A stretch of DNA of 54,927 bases, taken from IMG/VR virus record IMGVR_UViG_3300021425_000048, positions 1 through 54,927 of that record, one strand, 5' to 3'. Below are positions 45,121 through 54,927 of the stretch, piece by piece; the stretch's first letter is position 1; every line of letters begins with the position of its first letter. Position numbers and translations under genes: made by a program. Below the pieces are notes generated by a model. The model had not been told where the DNA came from, did not search any database, and saw only the letters and a list, made by a program, of their open reading frames with translations. This stretch comes from a virus. Taxonomy: Duplodnaviria > Caudoviricetes.

Positions 45121-48100
45121 ATGGCTGAAAAACTTTTTGATAAAGCATCCTATAGTATTGTAAGAACAAATCCAAAACTTACTGGTAATGTTAAACTGGT
45201 ATCTAATGGCGATGATTTATATTTAGAATCATTTAGTGCTAACACCGCGTTAGCCGCATCTTCGTTTAAGGCCTTTAAGCTAAGCGGTAAAAATACCTAT
45301 GATAAAGATGTTTTTACATTCTTCCAGGAAGGAAAATTCCCAAAGAGATTAGCATACGAAGTTTTTCAAGAATACCAAGATGTCTCTGTCCTATCTGAAT
45401 ACCAGAATCAATATGAAATGTTTTACTCTGCCGGGACTCGTGCTGTTTCTTCATCTTCATATAATGAGGATCTAGGTATGCTAGCACCTATTTGGTTAAA
45501 TGAACAAATACCAAATAATTTTGTTATATTTAGAATAGATAATCCGGCGGCAGTTAATAACATTAATGAGTCTTTAGAAAATAACAATTATCTTGATGCA
45601 CAGACATCCGCTGCATTTACTAAAAATGTATTAGAAAATTGTACTGCAATTAAAACTTTTGATTTAACATCTAATAGCTTACTTGGATCTTATATCAGAA
45701 ATTACAGAAACCAAGAATCCTTTCCTACTTCACCTCTTAATATTACTTGGAGAAGAGATGAGCCGATTCAATGGAATGGAATTAATTATACCAAGGGTGG
45801 GTTTACATCAGCTGGTAGTTTTTCATATGATGGTTTAATTTCTAAAGATGCCACTATTATACAAAATGAATACTTTTTTACTGAAGGGTTTGAAAGAAAC
45901 AATGTATTATTAGCAAATTTAATCAATTTGGAGTTTTTATTCTCAGATGATAATGCTGAAGATTATTCTATTAATAGGTATTTTGGATTATATGTAAATG
46001 AAGTAGAAGAAGGTAAGTTTGATATATCAGGCGTTGGGTTTTACAAAAATACAGAAAAAACACAATTACCTAAGATTACTAATATTAATGAAGTATCAGA
46101 ACAACTAAATACTCCATTTGAGATGACTAATGAAAATGGTATTTTAGTCTACCTAGATCCTGAAAAAACTACCACAATTACTGGATTACCTACACCTTCT
46201 AGAGTTAATGAAGTAGAATCTATTTTTTATGTTAAGGATAAAGATAATCAATTTCATACTGTTAAGAAAGGTTCTCAGTGGGGTGATAATCAAATAAGAC
46301 TGTTTGATAAAAAAATTGACATATCAAAATTAGCCGGATTTAAAAAACCTGATGCATATGCAAATGCTGAAATTTTAAGTAGGAAAGGTAAGGCTACATG
46401 TAGCTTTAAAATCACAGAGGAGCTTACTGATGGCTTTAGAATATCATTTTTCGATGGTATAAATTCAGTTGGACAAATTTCAGCCAGTTCATCAGAGGCA
46501 CCTTCACCAGGTACTAATAAGTTTGGTTTTTTTAGCCCAGCTGGAACGGTACAAGAAATTGCAATTGCAATTTCTAATGCAATAAATATAGGAATACCTG
46601 AAGAGCAAAGATTTTTTGTAGCTTCATACAATGATGATACTGTTTACATTCAATCTAGGTATGGTGGATCAAGATTTAATAGACTTAATTTTACAATGGA
46701 TTTTATTGATTATCCACTCATGGTTAATTCAATTAAGTCTTACCCAAACACAGATTTAATTAGTCCTAATAATAATTTCGTAGGGGGTAATGATTTTGAG
46801 CAATCATTATTAAAGGTAATAAACGGAGATCAAGATAGATTTACAAAAGGCAATTATATACAAACCAAAGATGGCTTTACTCAGATTGGTGATTATGTAC
46901 CTTATTTAGAAGAACCTATAGTTAATCCTAGTGGTAAGATTATAGGATACACTGGGGTAAATGATAATGTAATCATTACTCTTAATGATAATCAAATAGA
47001 AATAACTCGCAGTGGGCAGGTCGCCGTGTATTCTGATTATAGGTCAGCATTCGGTAGATTTTCTATTTTTCCAGTTAGAGATTTTGATTATGATTTTTAT
47101 AGCACAATGTACAGTGAAATGGGTGAGCTTAATTACGAGGATGCTCATTATAATCAAACTGATGCAAATGGCAATTACATAAATATTAGTAATAATCCAG
47201 AAGTCAGAGAGTTTTATGATGATGGTGGTTTTTCTAAACTTATAGACTTATTAAAGGATGCAGACCCTGATCAAAGCTTTGATACTGTTATTAACTCCGA
47301 GTATGATAGACTTGAGGAAAATTATTTAAAACAACAAGCAGTAGCATCTAGAGTAATACCTTATATTAATAAGTGGTCATGGTTAAAAGATGGTAAAAAT
47401 GTTAGAAACTTGCCATATAGTTTAAATTTAAGTGAAGCATTTGGGCAAAATAATTTTGCCCCTTCAAAATACACGGTTGGACAGGATCCTATTGGATTTA
47501 CTCATGAATGGTATTACTTATGCGAATTCCCATATTACTTTGATGATGAAGCAATAAAAAGTTCTTGGAGTTATATTGATAATGCTCCTGTAGATTCAAC
47601 CGAGGCTAACCCTATTACTGGTGCTGTGTATGAACCAGGTACATTCCAAAAAGTAGATAAAGATTATTTTAATGATTATTTTATTGTTGATAAGTTTACT
47701 ACTGGCAATACTATAAATTTAATTGACAGGCAATTAAGATACGGTAGATTTTCAGGAGGAAACGAAAAGAACTTTGCAGAAGCATTTTTGAGAGGTGTTA
47801 GAGTTATAGCTAAACCAAAAAGTGACCCGACGCAAAAACCGAACTTTAATGCAAAATCATTATCATATGTTAATGATGGTAGATTTAATGACTATAGGTT
47901 TTCGGTAATGCTTATACCAAATGCTCCAGATAAACCTGAAACACAGATTAAATTTATTAAAAACGATAAGTGGAAAACGGTTGTTATGTTAATCTTCATA
48001 ACTCTTGATAATGAATGTATTAATAATGGATCCCAATCATTGGATAGAACTACACTATATTCGTTTGAAAGCGATTATAAAACTGGTACAGGTAATGAAG

Positions 48101-49794
48101 AATGTAATCCTCTTATAAACACAGATCAAAATTATGAATATAAGAATGGTATAGTACAGGGTGCCATCAGTTTTGTGGCGTCTTCGCTTAACCCTTCCCT
48201 TAATGCATATTTAATTCAAGGCGTACCTGATGTAAATGGTGTAAAACCTAAATTTTTAAGAGATATTACAATAGGTAGCGACGGACAGTTTAATCCTATT
48301 ATATTTGAAACTGGTGGTGTGTCTTATAAAATAGATAATATAATAAGGGTTGTATCAGATGACCAATTCTTTGTAGGTATTAATGGTATCACAGCAGACG
48401 GTAGCCCATACATACCTGGTGGCCCTATCCCAAGTTCAATTGAATTACTATCCGCAACATATACAACAATTGGCGGTGGTTTTAATACATACTCTTCTCG
48501 TTTATCAAGTATTGGGTTTGCGGACATATTTGAAAATGTAAATAAAGGAAATCCTAACATAGTTTATGAAACTATCGATAAACTAGGAAATAGGGTTATA
48601 ACTGATACTGGTGATTTAGCTCAAACATTTTCTATCGAATTACGTGCACAATCTGATATTCTTAAATCTGTGTATATCGGTGTGTTACCTGATCCTGCAA
48701 AACCTACGGTATTCAATTTAACTAATGTTATAGGTTATGACTTATCATTACAAACCAAACCTCGTATCACACCAATAGGTCGACATGCAGGTTATTATCA
48801 ACCAACCTCTTTAGACATTTTCTATTTTAGAGATCCTTATTTAAATATCAATTTTGATAATGTTACCGGGTCTACTGGCACAGGATCTACTGGCACAGGA
48901 TCTACTGGTACAGGATCTACTGGTGGCCCAATACCTGATGAAATTTATAAGTTTAAAGTTTTGGAATTATGTAGATATGCAAATACACAGTTTCACAGTT
49001 CCGATGTTAATAATTTTGGACAAATTAAGAACTTATTTTATCATAAGGTTAATGAAGAAGATCCTTCTACTGTATTAGAGCTTTCTACTGATAGTGCATA
49101 CTTAAGTTTATATCCTCTGGTTAATGAAGTAGGTATTGCAAGTAGAAACTTTTATACATTCTCATCTAACTGGGAGCCTGCATATTTTAGGAAAAGCATT
49201 GATAAATCTCAGATAGAATCAATAATTGGTACGAGAGCAATGACAGAAAGAAAATCCTTTTTTGGATCTAAGTATTTAAAGGTGCCTTCACAAATTGAAT
49301 TAGAAACTTTTTTACATGCCGATGAATTTATAAAAGATGCAATAAAACAGCCTTCATTAGTGAATGGTACATTTATGACAGAAGAAAATGAAACATTTGT
49401 TAAGTTTTATCTGTTTATCCAAAAGAGATTAATCGAATATCTGTTTGAGCCTATTAAAAATCAATTTAAGAAATATATTAAGCCTGAGTTTAGCTATAAT
49501 GATATAGAGACTTTAGATGATGATGTAATAAGATACATTCAGCAAAACATACTATCTCTATATAAGATATCTAATGTAGACTTTTATGTTAAAGAAAGCC
49601 GAGAAAAATTACCTTTGAATTATACCACAGCACTATTAACCAATTCTGAAAAGTCTGCATCCGGTTTAACAATCAACAAAGCAATCGGATCTACATTACT
49701 TAATACTAATCCATTTGATCTTAGCTTAATATATAACAAAAGGACAGGTTTTACTGAATCATTTGGCTTTAGTATAACTATAGTTAAAAAATAA
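45121..49794 (+). CDS. Large putative virion structural protein
   Basis: 1557 aa in the late operon. Confidence 0.6.
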   Translation: MAEKLFDKASYSIVRTNPKLTGNVKLVSNGDDLYLESFSANTALAASSFKAFKLSGKNTYDKDVFTFFQEGKFPKRLAYEVFQEYQDVSVLSEYQNQYEMFYSAGTRAVSSSSYNEDLGMLAPIWLNEQIPNNFVIFRIDNPAAVNNINESLENNNYLDAQTSAAFTKNVLENCTAIKTFDLTSNSLLGSYIRNYRNQESFPTSPLNITWRRDEPIQWNGINYTKGGFTSAGSFSYDGLISKDATIIQNEYFFTEGFERNNVLLANLINLEFLFSDDNAEDYSINRYFGLYVNEVEEGKFDISGVGFYKNTEKTQLPKITNINEVSEQLNTPFEMTNENGILVYLDPEKTTTITGLPTPSRVNEVESIFYVKDKDNQFHTVKKGSQWGDNQIRLFDKKIDISKLAGFKKPDAYANAEILSRKGKATCSFKITEELTDGFRISFFDGINSVGQISASSSEAPSPGTNKFGFFSPAGTVQEIAIAISNAINIGIPEEQRFFVASYNDDTVYIQSRYGGSRFNRLNFTMDFIDYPLMVNSIKSYPNTDLISPNNNFVGGNDFEQSLLKVINGDQDRFTKGNYIQTKDGFTQIGDYVPYLEEPIVNPSGKIIGYTGVNDNVIITLNDNQIEITRSGQVAVYSDYRSAFGRFSIFPVRDFDYDFYSTMYSEMGELNYEDAHYNQTDANGNYINISNNPEVREFYDDGGFSKLIDLLKDADPDQSFDTVINSEYDRLEENYLKQQAVASRVIPYINKWSWLKDGKNVRNLPYSLNLSEAFGQNNFAPSKYTVGQDPIGFTHEWYYLCEFPYYFDDEAIKSSWSYIDNAPVDSTEANPITGAVYEPGTFQKVDKDYFNDYFIVDKFTTGNTINLIDRQLRYGRFSGGNEKNFAEAFLRGVRVIAKPKSDPTQKPNFNAKSLSYVNDGRFNDYRFSVMLIPNAPDKPETQIKFIKNDKWKTVVMLIFITLDNECINNGSQSLDRTTLYSFESDYKTGTGNEECNPLINTDQNYEYKNGIVQGAISFVASSLNPSLNAYLIQGVPDVNGVKPKFLRDITIGSDGQFNPIIFETGGVSYKIDNIIRVVSDDQFFVGINGITADGSPYIPGGPIPSSIELLSATYTTIGGGFNTYSSRLSSIGFADIFENVNKGNPNIVYETIDKLGNRVITDTGDLAQTFSIELRAQSDILKSVYIGVLPDPAKPTVFNLTNVIGYDLSLQTKPRITPIGRHAGYYQPTSLDIFYFRDPYLNINFDNVTGSTGTGSTGTGSTGTGSTGGPIPDEIYKFKVLELCRYANTQFHSSDVNNFGQIKNLFYHKVNEEDPSTVLELSTDSAYLSLYPLVNEVGIASRNFYTFSSNWEPAYFRKSIDKSQIESIIGTRAMTERKSFFGSKYLKVPSQIELETFLHADEFIKDAIKQPSLVNGTFMTEENETFVKFYLFIQKRLIEYLFEPIKNQFKKYIKPEFSYNDIETLDDDVIRYIQQNILSLYKISNVDFYVKESREKLPLNYTTALLTNSEKSASGLTINKAIGSTLLNTNPFDLSLIYNKRTGFTESFGFSITIVKK
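48871..48924 (+). repeat. In-frame 15-bp tandem repeat (about 3.6 copies) encoding (STGTG)n
   Basis: TCTACTGGCACAGGA units. Confidence 0.9.
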
Positions 49795-49801
49795 GAACAG
49801 A

Positions 49802-52600
49802 ATGGCAATCACAATACAGGAATTAATAGCCTCTGATACTATTTCACAGGTAGTTGATAAGATTAATTTTAATTTTGATCAATTACTATTGAATGGTGGT
49901 GGGCCAATAGGACCAGCCGGGCCAATTGGACCTCCTGGGCCAATAGGAGGAAGAGGTGAACGAGGTACTGAATGGTATGAAGGTACTGATGATCCTAACG
50001 TTACACCACCAACATTATCGCCTTTAACTGCCGATTATTATCTGCAGGCCAATGGTGATGTTTGGGAATATACAGGTTTAACGTGGTCAAATACTGGAAT
50101 AAATCTACGAGGACCGCAAGGAGCACAAGGTATTTCGGTTGGGTGGTCTCAGTTTGGAAATAGCCCATATCCTACATATGCAGCAAATTTTCAAAATGTT
50201 TTATACCCATCACCGATAACTAGCGGTATAACAGTTAGTAACCAAGGTGTTGCCTCTACATTAATTGGTGCAGTAGGACCTAATGATGTTTCTGCAAATC
50301 CTGGGATACCTTTTACTCCTGCATATCAGCTTAATACGACAATGGCAGGTAGCATTGATTCATCTATAGTTTCAATGTTAGTTCACCAAAAAGACAGTTC
50401 TTCGCAAGCAATTAAATTTATGGGCGGTGGTGCAATTGCAGGTGATAATTTTGAACAGAGTTCAATTTCATTATTATCATCTATTTCATTAGGTGTAGAC
50501 GATTCTCTTATAGTTAATGTACCTAAAGCAATAACAGGTGCACCTGGCTCAGTATCAGATACATACGGATTTAATATATACACTCTCGAAAAAGCACAGC
50601 GGTACAGATCAGGTAGATCTATTTCATTTACTACTGGTACGATAGGGAATACTTTAACTGGACCTTATGATATATCAGATTTTACTATTGAATTAAATGC
50701 AGTTAATAATTCACAATTGCCTAAATTTGAAGTAATTGCAGTTGGGTCAGAAAGTGCATCACTAACAGTAGGAAATGTTTCGTTACCTACAACAACTATT
50801 GATACTGGTTCAATATCATTAACCGCAGGAGATATAGGATTATTAGCAGAAGGTTTAATAAGAATATCATCTTTGGCTAATGAATGGGTTTTTCCTAATT
50901 TACAAAATACTACAATTAGCCCTGTAGGTTTAGTTTCTATAGATTCTTCAGGTAGGCTAGGTACTATAACTGATAGCTCATCAGGATTTCCTACAGGTCA
51001 ACTATCATGGGATGGTTCTAATTTAGATGGGAGTCAAGGTGTTGATACCAGGGTAGTAAGATGGGACGGCAACAACAAGATAGAAAGCTCCGCATGGGAA
51101 ATAAAGGACACTGGTGAACTGTTACCAATCACATTAGCATCAACACCTAATATAGGAAGTAGCACTAATAGATTAGAAAAAATATTTTTTGGTAAAACTA
51201 ATAGAAGTGATATTAGTTCAGAGTTTCTTGGTGGTACTGAATTTTTAAATATCTTTAATAATTACCAATCAAAGGGAATACAGATAAACGGAAATGGAAC
51301 CTTTATTGGTACATATACAGGAGTTACTAATAAAGCATCTATGCAATATGCTGATAGCTCATTACAAATAAGTAGTAATCTCCAAAGTGGTAGCTATAAA
51401 GCTGGACAAATAGAATTCAAGCAATCAGGAGGTAACAGCCCTTCAGTAGAAGGGCCAATGATTATCGGTCCTATTGCTACTAGCCTCACCGATGGGCCAA
51501 CACAGGGTAATACCTTAACGATTAAAGGTGGTTCTGGGTTTACTTTGGCAAATAATTTCACAAATGGAGGTCGTGGTAGATCTATTGTAATATCAGGTGG
51601 TGATGCCCGTGCTAATCAAAGTGGTGGAACTGTTTTTATTGGTGGGGGTGAACATGGCCCTAGCACTGGCCCTACATTCAACGGCAATGTTTGGATAGGA
51701 CGGAACCCATATGCTACCTCAGGGAGTGAAACTTCTCCTAGTATTAAATTTGGTGAAACCGGTTCAGACAGCGGGTATATTACTGTAATTCAACCAAGTG
51801 ATACAAATTTATATACTGCTGGAGAAAACTACATAGCTTCATTTGTTAAGAATAGTTCAACTGCTAATGCTAAGGGCAGGCTGCAGTTAAGAGACTTGGA
51901 TGGAACGTCACAGCTTAATTTTGGCGTTAATGTAACAACTTCCGCATTTTCCTCTAATGCATTTTATACCAGGCTGGGTGATAGTTTGATATCAGCAGAA
52001 AGTGATATTAATGGTGATGAGGGTGGATTGGCTATAATTTACCAGAATAAAAAAGGTGGTATCAGACTAGATGGTCAAAACCAAAAGGTTATGATAATGG
52101 GTAATACTAACCAATCGTTGACTCAGACTGCAATTGATACTAATGCTAACGGTCAATATGATTCAACCGTTGGGGTTTACATGGAAGGTGATATTCATAT
52201 CTCGACAAATAATAATATAATTACTGCTGTAGATAAGGACAGATACATAATGTTGTCAGGTAATTATGAAGGTGATGACGTTGTGAGTGGTCAGCCGATA
52301 ACTGAATTGGAGATGAATTGGACTAGAGTAGGGCGTATTGTTACTGTTCACTTTTATTTGGTTCACACTTCGGCTAGTGGCGATAGAGTGTTACCTTTCC
52401 CTATAAATAGTTCTGGAAATAGCGGTACACCTACAAATGTGTTTGGTTCTGGGACTGCTTATAATTTTTCCGGTTCATTAACAAAACCTTTATTTGTTGA
52501 CTTGAGCGGGAACGGATGGAAATTAAACGATCAAACCGCTGGCGGTTATAGCGACCCTAACGGTAAAGCCATGGGCTCATTTAGTTACGAATTATTATAA
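49802..52600 (+). CDS. Putative tail fibre protein
   Basis: INFNF N-terminal motif, short collagen (GPI), Gly/Ser/Thr-rich body, WTRVGRIVTV C-terminal fibre-tip motif. Confidence 0.7.
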   Translation: MAITIQELIASDTISQVVDKINFNFDQLLLNGGGPIGPAGPIGPPGPIGGRGERGTEWYEGTDDPNVTPPTLSPLTADYYLQANGDVWEYTGLTWSNTGINLRGPQGAQGISVGWSQFGNSPYPTYAANFQNVLYPSPITSGITVSNQGVASTLIGAVGPNDVSANPGIPFTPAYQLNTTMAGSIDSSIVSMLVHQKDSSSQAIKFMGGGAIAGDNFEQSSISLLSSISLGVDDSLIVNVPKAITGAPGSVSDTYGFNIYTLEKAQRYRSGRSISFTTGTIGNTLTGPYDISDFTIELNAVNNSQLPKFEVIAVGSESASLTVGNVSLPTTTIDTGSISLTAGDIGLLAEGLIRISSLANEWVFPNLQNTTISPVGLVSIDSSGRLGTITDSSSGFPTGQLSWDGSNLDGSQGVDTRVVRWDGNNKIESSAWEIKDTGELLPITLASTPNIGSSTNRLEKIFFGKTNRSDISSEFLGGTEFLNIFNNYQSKGIQINGNGTFIGTYTGVTNKASMQYADSSLQISSNLQSGSYKAGQIEFKQSGGNSPSVEGPMIIGPIATSLTDGPTQGNTLTIKGGSGFTLANNFTNGGRGRSIVISGGDARANQSGGTVFIGGGEHGPSTGPTFNGNVWIGRNPYATSGSETSPSIKFGETGSDSGYITVIQPSDTNLYTAGENYIASFVKNSSTANAKGRLQLRDLDGTSQLNFGVNVTTSAFSSNAFYTRLGDSLISAESDINGDEGGLAIIYQNKKGGIRLDGQNQKVMIMGNTNQSLTQTAIDTNANGQYDSTVGVYMEGDIHISTNNNIITAVDKDRYIMLSGNYEGDDVVSGQPITELEMNWTRVGRIVTVHFYLVHTSASGDRVLPFPINSSGNSGTPTNVFGSGTAYNFSGSLTKPLFVDLSGNGWKLNDQTAGGYSDPNGKAMGSFSYELL

Positions 52601-52602
52601 TT

Positions 52603-52845
52603 ATGAATAAAAAAGAAAGAAAAGAATTAGCAAGTTTTATAGATAGGTATAAAGAAATTGAAACCTCTATAGATCTTATGCAAAAAAGTATTCAAAGTTT
52701 GGCCGAAAAGAGAGATAATCTTTTTGAAGAGCTTGATACGATGAAAGGTAAGGAAAGAAAATTTATGGATAGACTAATAGAAAAATATGGTGAAAGTGAA
52801 ATTACACCGTATAAGCTATTACAAGTCTATGAGGAAGGATTATGA
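52603..52845 (+). CDS. Small coiled-coil hypothetical protein
   Basis: 80 aa. Confidence 0.65.
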   Translation: MNKKERKELASFIDRYKEIETSIDLMQKSIQSLAEKRDNLFEELDTMKGKERKFMDRLIEKYGESEITPYKLLQVYEEGL

Positions 52846-53612
52846 TAATACTTAAAAATATATTTCAATTAATAACTGACCCTAAGAATACTAGGATGTT
52901 CTTATTAGGCGGTATTGTCATACTGTTTGTTTTACTATTAAGACAATGCCAAGCAGTTGATGAAGCCAGGGGTGAGGTTACCAGAATACAAAATAATTGG
53001 AATGCTTCGTTAGATGAAATTGAAAATTATATCAATGAAAGAGGTAATGCCGAAGCTGAAGTTTTGGCGCTAAACTTGACTATTAATGAATTAGAAAAAG
53101 ATCTTAGATTTGAAAAAAATAAACCACCCGTTACTATAATTACAACTGAAACTGTTATTAAAGAGGTTATTGTTGAAGTTCCTGTAGCAGTCATTGATAC
53201 TGTTATTGGTAATTTTAATTCTGCACTTTTAATAGAAGATTCCGCTAAGTGGGGAAATAGCTCTAGAGAAATTGAAATTTTCGTACCTTATGAAGCACGT
53301 GATACTTCATTAAATTTTGGAGAGTCATCTATAAATTTAAGACAAAATATTTGGTTAACTGCATCAATACTAAGAGATAAGCAGACTAAAGAAGTTTTTG
53401 TAAATTTAGAGACTGATTATCCAGGAACCATATTTAATGAGGCAGAAGGAATATTAATTAACCAAAAAAGTAAAACCTTTAGAGATTTACAATATCATAA
53501 TCGAAAGACATTGGGTTTAGGTATACAGATCGGTGCAGGATACGGCATAGATGGAGTATCACCCTTTATCGGTTTTGGTTTAAATTACACACCTAAGTTT
53601 TTTCAATGGTAA
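52842..53612 (+). CDS. Membrane-anchored coiled-coil protein with a C-terminal beta-hairpin (possible spanin-like lysis protein)
   Basis: N-terminal TM, coiled coil, ends GLGIQIGAGYG...FIGFGLNYTPKFFQW. Confidence 0.5.
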   Translation: MIILKNIFQLITDPKNTRMFLLGGIVILFVLLLRQCQAVDEARGEVTRIQNNWNASLDEIENYINERGNAEAEVLALNLTINELEKDLRFEKNKPPVTIITTETVIKEVIVEVPVAVIDTVIGNFNSALLIEDSAKWGNSSREIEIFVPYEARDTSLNFGESSINLRQNIWLTASILRDKQTKEVFVNLETDYPGTIFNEAEGILINQKSKTFRDLQYHNRKTLGLGIQIGAGYGIDGVSPFIGFGLNYTPKFFQW

Positions 53613-53625
53613 ATAAATAATTAGA

Positions 53626-54927
53626 ATGAAGTCATCTAAATTTATACAAATATCGGATAATATACTTATAGAGTATATTTACACTAGTCAATCAAATCCG
53701 ACTGAGTTTAACACTGGTACACATCCGATTGAAATAATGAGAGATGGTCATACTGGGGGTAGTTACTTATTTAATACTGATTCTGTATCTGCAGAAATGG
53801 GAAATTATAGAGATATCTCGGCTGCATCAATAAGTCCTAATAATACACAATATGCATATTTAGATACAAGTATAGGTGTACCTTATAATGACTTTGATCC
53901 ATTGTTAACTGATTCTGCTAATGTATTACAGTCTTTCAGTCCTCAAATTAATGTTGCATATGATACATATAGAGTACATTTCATTGCAGGGTTTACCTTT
54001 ACGGGATATGATGGTATTATTTTTGAGGCGCTAGTTCCTAGGAGAGATGGGGTATTACTTAATCTTTCATCTATAAACTTTTTGAAAACTGATACACCTG
54101 TTTTCAATCCTGATCCTGTATTAATAAATGATAAGTTATACGCTACTTACATAGAATGGAGAATACCTTCTCTATATTTTATGAATAATCAATTTAACTC
54201 ATCAGTCCCTAACGGGGTAGGTTATAAATTAACCGAAGGGCAAGGGTTTTTAGGTACTCCTACAATTACACTTAAAGCTACTGGTATTTATGAGACTATA
54301 GTTGATAATAGTTATAGCTATTATAATGTTGAAGAAATTAATGCTGTTACTATTCCTAATAGAGATATCTATGATGATCTTTATGCGAGTGTAACAGAGT
54401 CAGATGGTGGGGATTATTTTGAATTAACTGGAGAAGTAACAGGTTCTACATTTTCAAATTTCATAGCTCAATTAAATTCATCAGGTGGTGACTATGTTGT
54501 GTTTCATGAAATAAATGTAAGTGAACAAATAAACACATCATTTATAAAAACCAGTACACAAGTCTTTACACAGACGACTAATTTTGATAATCCTATATTA
54601 TTTAGACCTATTATATTAAATAGTGCAATAGCTGCTTCATTTTCTATTAACTACTTATTAAGGTTATACAATAGGGCAGATAATACTCAAATTATAAAGA
54701 ATGCAAAATTAACTTCGTTTGATGTTAATAAGTATGGTCGAAGATTAATGAAAATAAATTTAGGAACTGTACCAACAGTTGCTAATGTCTATAATCAATT
54801 ATCTAATGATGATGGTGCAAATATTATTGTAAATAATGGTGGAGTTGGTAATGCACCTGGACAGACAACAGAAAAAATAACAGAAAAATTAGTAGTAAAA
54901 ACTAAATATGTTACATCAATCATGGAA
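53626..54927 (+). CDS. Hypothetical (probably structural) protein, truncated by the window end
   Basis: ATG 53626 MKSSKFIQISDNILIEY...; frame appears open to the end; late motif at 53611-53619. Confidence 0.75.
   Translation, partial: MKSSKFIQISDNILIEYIYTSQSNPTEFNTGTHPIEIMRDGHTGGSYLFNTDSVSAEMGNYRDISAASISPNNTQYAYLDTSIGVPYNDFDPLLTDSANVLQSFSPQINVAYDTYRVHFIAGFTFTGYDGIIFEALVPRRDGVLLNLSSINFLKTDTPVFNPDPVLINDKLYATYIEWRIPSLYFMNNQFNSSVPNGVGYKLTEGQGFLGTPTITLKATGIYETIVDNSYSYYNVEEINAVTIPNRDIYDDLYASVTESDGGDYFELTGEVTGSTFSNFIAQLNSSGGDYVVFHEINVSEQINTSFIKTSTQVFTQTTNFDNPILFRPIILNSAIAASFSINYLLRLYNRADNTQIIKNAKLTSFDVNKYGRRLMKINLGTVPTVANVYNQLSNDDGANIIVNNGGVGNAPGQTTEKITEKLVVKTKYVTSIME

Noticed and set aside
49802-52600. 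Diversity-generating retroelement targeting the tail fibre
   Set aside because: No reverse transcriptase and no template/variable repeat pair noticed in the window
1-54927. Stop-codon reassignment or suppressor tRNA
   Set aside because: Long genes are intact in code 11, TAG and TGA end tightly packed genes, and no CTA/TCA anticodon is present
1-54927. Bacterial chromosome or integrated prophage
   Set aside because: bS21, bS1, DnaJ and trx are interspersed with T4-like baseplate genes and share phage motifs; no integrase or att site seen

Overview
AT-rich, gene-dense segment of a large T4-like (myovirus) phage genome read in standard code 11. The host is most likely Bacteroidota/Flavobacteriia (inferred from a Bacteroidota-type bS21, a TonB-dependent receptor with an N-terminal CarboxypepD_reg-like domain, a PID-CTERM sorting peptide, and A-rich start regions without Shine-Dalgarno sites). 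The first ~16 kb is an accessory and host-takeover region. It holds six tRNAs (all U34, including a rare Ile-UAU), a truncated tRNA, two candidate pseudoknotted ncRNAs, thioredoxin, a TonB-dependent receptor bracketed by a perfect 16-bp inverted repeat, bS21, a PseT-like phosphatase, PspC, a GH73 glucosaminidase, DnaJ, an ATP-dependent DNA ligase, a second HAD protein and dCMP deaminase. From 16 kb to the end is a virion module: a collagen-like fibre, gp53/gp5/gp13/gp25/gp6-like baseplate and neck genes, large structural proteins and a tail fibre, with a bS1 homologue and an amidoligase embedded in it. Three recurring promoter-like motif classes can be read by eye. The best candidates for something new are the ~245-nt four-pseudoknot RNA just 3' of tRNA-Ile(UAU), the inverted-repeat-closed TonB receptor unit, and late promoters repeatedly built into start-masking hairpins. 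All calls come from manual motif recognition; no searches were run.
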